Shown here piece by piece: positions 61,644-64,000 of a DNA stretch of 64,000 bases. The notes beneath the pieces are model-generated. The model worked only from the letters and a program-made list of their open reading frames with translations. It was not told the DNA's origin and searched no databases. Positions within the stretch are counted from its first letter, which is position 1. Every line of letters starts with the position of its first letter. The stretch comes from an uncultured Microthrixaceae bacterium. Lineage in GTDB: Bacteria; Actinomycetota; Acidimicrobiia; Acidimicrobiales; VFJN01. Made by a program: the position numbers and the translations under genes. The stretch spans positions 902,371 through 966,370 of the forward strand of contig CAWJWI010000004.1 in the NCBI GenBank assembly GCA_963846555.1, read 5' to 3'.

Positions 61644-63753
61644 AGAGGGCGCGGGCGATGGCCCAGGCCGAGTGGACGGCGCCCTCGATGTAGCCCACGG
61701 CCGCCGCGTCGCCCACCACGTGCACCTCGACGCCGAGGCGGGCCAGCTCGTCGACGAGCGCACCACCGGGGGTGACCTCGCTGGCCACGATGACGGTGTC
61801 GGCGCGCACGGCGGCCCGCTCGTCACCGATCCGGTACTGCACACCGGTGTCGGTGATCCGGGTGACCTCGGCCGAGCGGACGAGGGTCACGCCATGCTCC
61901 TCGGCTCGCCGCACGGCGGTCCACCGGCGGGGCGACGCCATCGGCAGGCCCATGGCGGACCCGGCCTCGAGCACGGTGACGGTGCGCCCCCGCTCGGCGA
62001 GGAACTCAGCCAGCTCCAGCCCGACGAGGCCGCCGCCGAGTACGGCTACGTGCTGGCCGACGGGCATCCACCGCTTCGACAGGGCTCGCACGCGGCCCGC
62101 GTCCGTGGTCAGCCGGAGCAGGCGCCCGGCTCGCAGCAGGGCGCGCAGGGCCCGGGTCTGGTCCGGGTGGGGCTCGCCCGTGATGAGGGCCCGCAGCCCG
62201 TCGCCCGTCTGGACGTGGGGCAGGTCGGCCCCCGGGACCGCGGGCCGGCCCCGCGCCGCGCCCGTGGCGACGACGACGGTGTCGGGCCGCAGGGCTGCCA
62301 CCGACGTGGCGCCGGCCCGTTCGCCCAGCCGCACCTCCACGCCGAGGCGGGCCAGCTCGCCCGCCTGCCACTCGATGAACGGCCCGTTCGCCGGGGTCGT
62401 CACCTGCGAGAACCAGGCCGTGCCACCCAGGCGGTCGCTCGCCTCGAGCAGCGTGACCCGGTGGCCCCGTCGGCGGGCCTCGATGGCCGTCTCCATGCCG
62501 GCCGGGCCGCCGCCCACCACCACGACCAGGCGGGGGGCCGCGGCCGGCGCCCGCTCCGCCCGCCCCTCGTCGCCGAGGGCCGGGTTCACCGCGCACCTCG
62601 GGCTGGCATCGAAGAAGTTCTGCTCCACGCAGACGTAGCAGTTGATGCACGGCCGGACGGTCTCCCGGCGACCGGCACGCAGCTTCCCCACGAGCTCGGG
62701 ATCGGTGAGCAGCTGCCGGCCCATGGCGACGAAGTCGCAGTCCCCAGCGGCCAGCATCTCCTCGGCCGTCTCCGGCAGCACCCGGCCCACGGCGATGACG
62801 GGCACGGTGACCGCGGCCTTCACGACCCGGGCGAAGGCGCGGTAGGCGCCGACGGTGTCGGGCAGCGGGCCGTCGGTGAAGTTGGCGAAGGAGTTGCGGC
62901 CCCACCCCGTCACGTGGATGGCGTCGGCCCCGGCCGCCTCGAAGAGCCGGGCCGCAGCGGCGGCCTCCTCGGTGCTCAGCGCGCCCGGTCCGCCGAACTC
63001 CCGGCCTGCCACCCGCACGAGGACGGCGAGGTCGGGACCGACCGCGGCCCGCACGGCCCGGAGCACCTCGACGGTGAGCCGGGCCCGGTTCTCGAGCGAG
63101 CCGCCCCAGCGGTCGGTGCGCCGGTTGTCCGCCCGGGCGAGGAAGGTGGACAGCACGTAGCCGTGGGCTGCGTGCACCTCGACAGCGTCGCCGCCCGCCT
63201 CCCGGACCCGGCGGGCGGCCGAGGCGAACTGGTCGATCAGCCAGAGGAGGTCGTCCTCCTCCGCCTCGTGGTACGTCGGCAGCTTGTTGCCTGAGGCTGC
63301 GGCCAGGCGGCCGATCTCCGCACGGGTGCTGTCGCGCAGCGACGACATGTCGAGCGGCTGCTCGGGCACCGATGGCACGAGCAAGGGGCGCTCCTCGGCC
63401 ATGTCGACCCGCGCCGTCTTGCCGTGGTGGGTGAGCTGCACGCAGAGGAGGCCCCCGGCGTCGTGCACGGCCGTGGCCAAGCGGGTGAGGCCGGGCACGA
63501 AGCGGTCCTCGGAGAGTCCGGGCTGGGCGTGCGAGGCCGCGCCCACCGGGTAGGCGACCGCGCCCGAGCCCGTGATGACCATCGCCGTGCCCCCCGCCGA
63601 GCGGAGGGCGTAGTGCGCGATCTCGTCGTTCGTGATGGCACCGTCGTCGCACAGGTTCATGTCCATCGCGGGCATGACCACCCGGTTGGACAGGTGCAGC
63701 GGTCCGATCCGGCCGGGGGCGAGGACGTGGTCGAAGCTGCCGGCACGGGTCAC
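61642..63753 (-). CDS. 2,4-dienoyl-CoA reductase-like flavoprotein (OYE TIM-barrel + FAD/NAD(P) domain)
   Basis: The N-terminus LSNRVVMPAMDMNL...HAAHGYVLSTFL is OYE-like. It also carries a CINCYVC Fe-S motif and VVVVGGGPAGME and VAVLGGGLVGLE dinucleotide folds. Confidence 0.8.
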   Translation of the reverse strand: MTRAGSFDHVLAPGRIGPLHLSNRVVMPAMDMNLCDDGAITNDEIAHYALRSAGGTAMVITGSGAVAYPVGAASHAQPGLSEDRFVPGLTRLATAVHDAGGLLCVQLTHHGKTARVDMAEERPLLVPSVPEQPLDMSSLRDSTRAEIGRLAAASGNKLPTYHEAEEDDLLWLIDQFASAARRVREAGGDAVEVHAAHGYVLSTFLARADNRRTDRWGGSLENRARLTVEVLRAVRAAVGPDLAVLVRVAGREFGGPGALSTEEAAAAARLFEAAGADAIHVTGWGRNSFANFTDGPLPDTVGAYRAFARVVKAAVTVPVIAVGRVLPETAEEMLAAGDCDFVAMGRQLLTDPELVGKLRAGRRETVRPCINCYVCVEQNFFDASPRCAVNPALGDEGRAERAPAAAPRLVVVVGGGPAGMETAIEARRRGHRVTLLEASDRLGGTAWFSQVTTPANGPFIEWQAGELARLGVEVRLGERAGATSVAALRPDTVVVATGAARGRPAVPGADLPHVQTGDGLRALITGEPHPDQTRALRALLRAGRLLRLTTDAGRVRALSKRWMPVGQHVAVLGGGLVGLELAEFLAERGRTVTVLEAGSAMGLPMASPRRWTAVRRAEEHGVTLVRSAEVTRITDTGVQYRIGDERAAVRADTVIVASEVTPGGALVDELARLGVEVHVVGDAAAVGYIEGAVHSAWAIARAL

Positions 63754-63762
63754 GCGCCGACG

Positions 63763-64000
63763 CTAGGAGATGCTGACCACCTCGACGGTGAGCTGGGCCC
63801 CGGTGGGCGACTCGAACGAAGCCGTCTCGCCCACCTTCTTGCCCACGAGCGACTCCCCGAGGGGGGACCCTGGGGAGATGATGTCGTGCTCGATGCCCCG
63901 CTCCTCGACCGAGCCGTAGAAGTAGGTCTCGGGCTCGTCGTCGCCCTCGTAGCGCAGCTGGACCACCGACCCGGGCTCGACGACGTCGCCGTCGGTGCCT
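63763..64000 (-). CDS. greA: Transcription elongation factor GreA, C-terminal part (gene continues beyond the window)
   Basis: VQLRYEGDDEPETYFYGSVEERG...ISPGSPLGESLVGKKVGETASFESPTGAQLTVEVVSI matches the GreA C-terminal domain pattern. Confidence 0.7.
   Translation of the reverse strand, partial: GTDGDVVEPGSVVQLRYEGDDEPETYFYGSVEERGIEHDIISPGSPLGESLVGKKVGETASFESPTGAQLTVEVVSIS

Overview
This is a very GC-rich Actinomycetota-type chromosomal segment. An Acidimicrobiia-like origin is a low-confidence guess. It is dominated by core metabolism. Features called from the translated ORFs and the raw sequence:
- Amino-acid and tRNA-related genes: gatCAB, ilvD, ilvBNC, serA, leuA, leuCD, serC and an aspartate-family aminotransferase.
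- Transport: a BMP-type nucleoside ABC importer followed by cdd and deoA, a Liv-type ABC importer with a divergent binding protein, a DrrAB-like exporter, two MFS pumps and an orphan FtsX-type permease.
- Regulation and other: an ECF sigma factor with a SnoaL-like tail, a TetR unit, a class III cyclase and assorted oxidoreductases and hydrolases.

I saw no rRNA, tRNA, CRISPR, transposase, integrase or phage genes, so I cannot point to a convincing novel multi-gene system.

Observations worth a second look:
1. All four Liv-type ABC domains lie in one uninterrupted frame with no stop codon. They run into a 9-bp tandem-repeat tract whose best-coding frame gives a Lys/Ala/Thr-rich basic peptide.
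2. Two sequence-conserved palindromic intergenic repeat families sit at gene 3' ends, with 3 and 2 copies.
3. Two unannotated leader-peptide attenuators precede ilvB (Ile/Val/Leu-rich peptide) and leuA (four consecutive Leu codons). Each is followed by a hairpin with a U-tract.
4. A 16-20 bp palindromic operator occurs twice, linking the TetR gene to an MFS pump.
5. Five single-nucleotide frameshifts disrupt otherwise intact genes. Three fall in GCGCG contexts, which may mean assembly error rather than real pseudogenes.
6. A small LPXTG repeat protein is apparently co-transcribed with a DUF4012-like membrane protein.
7. A signal-less HiPIP-like 4-Cys protein.

All family assignments rest on motif recognition by eye; no database search was run.
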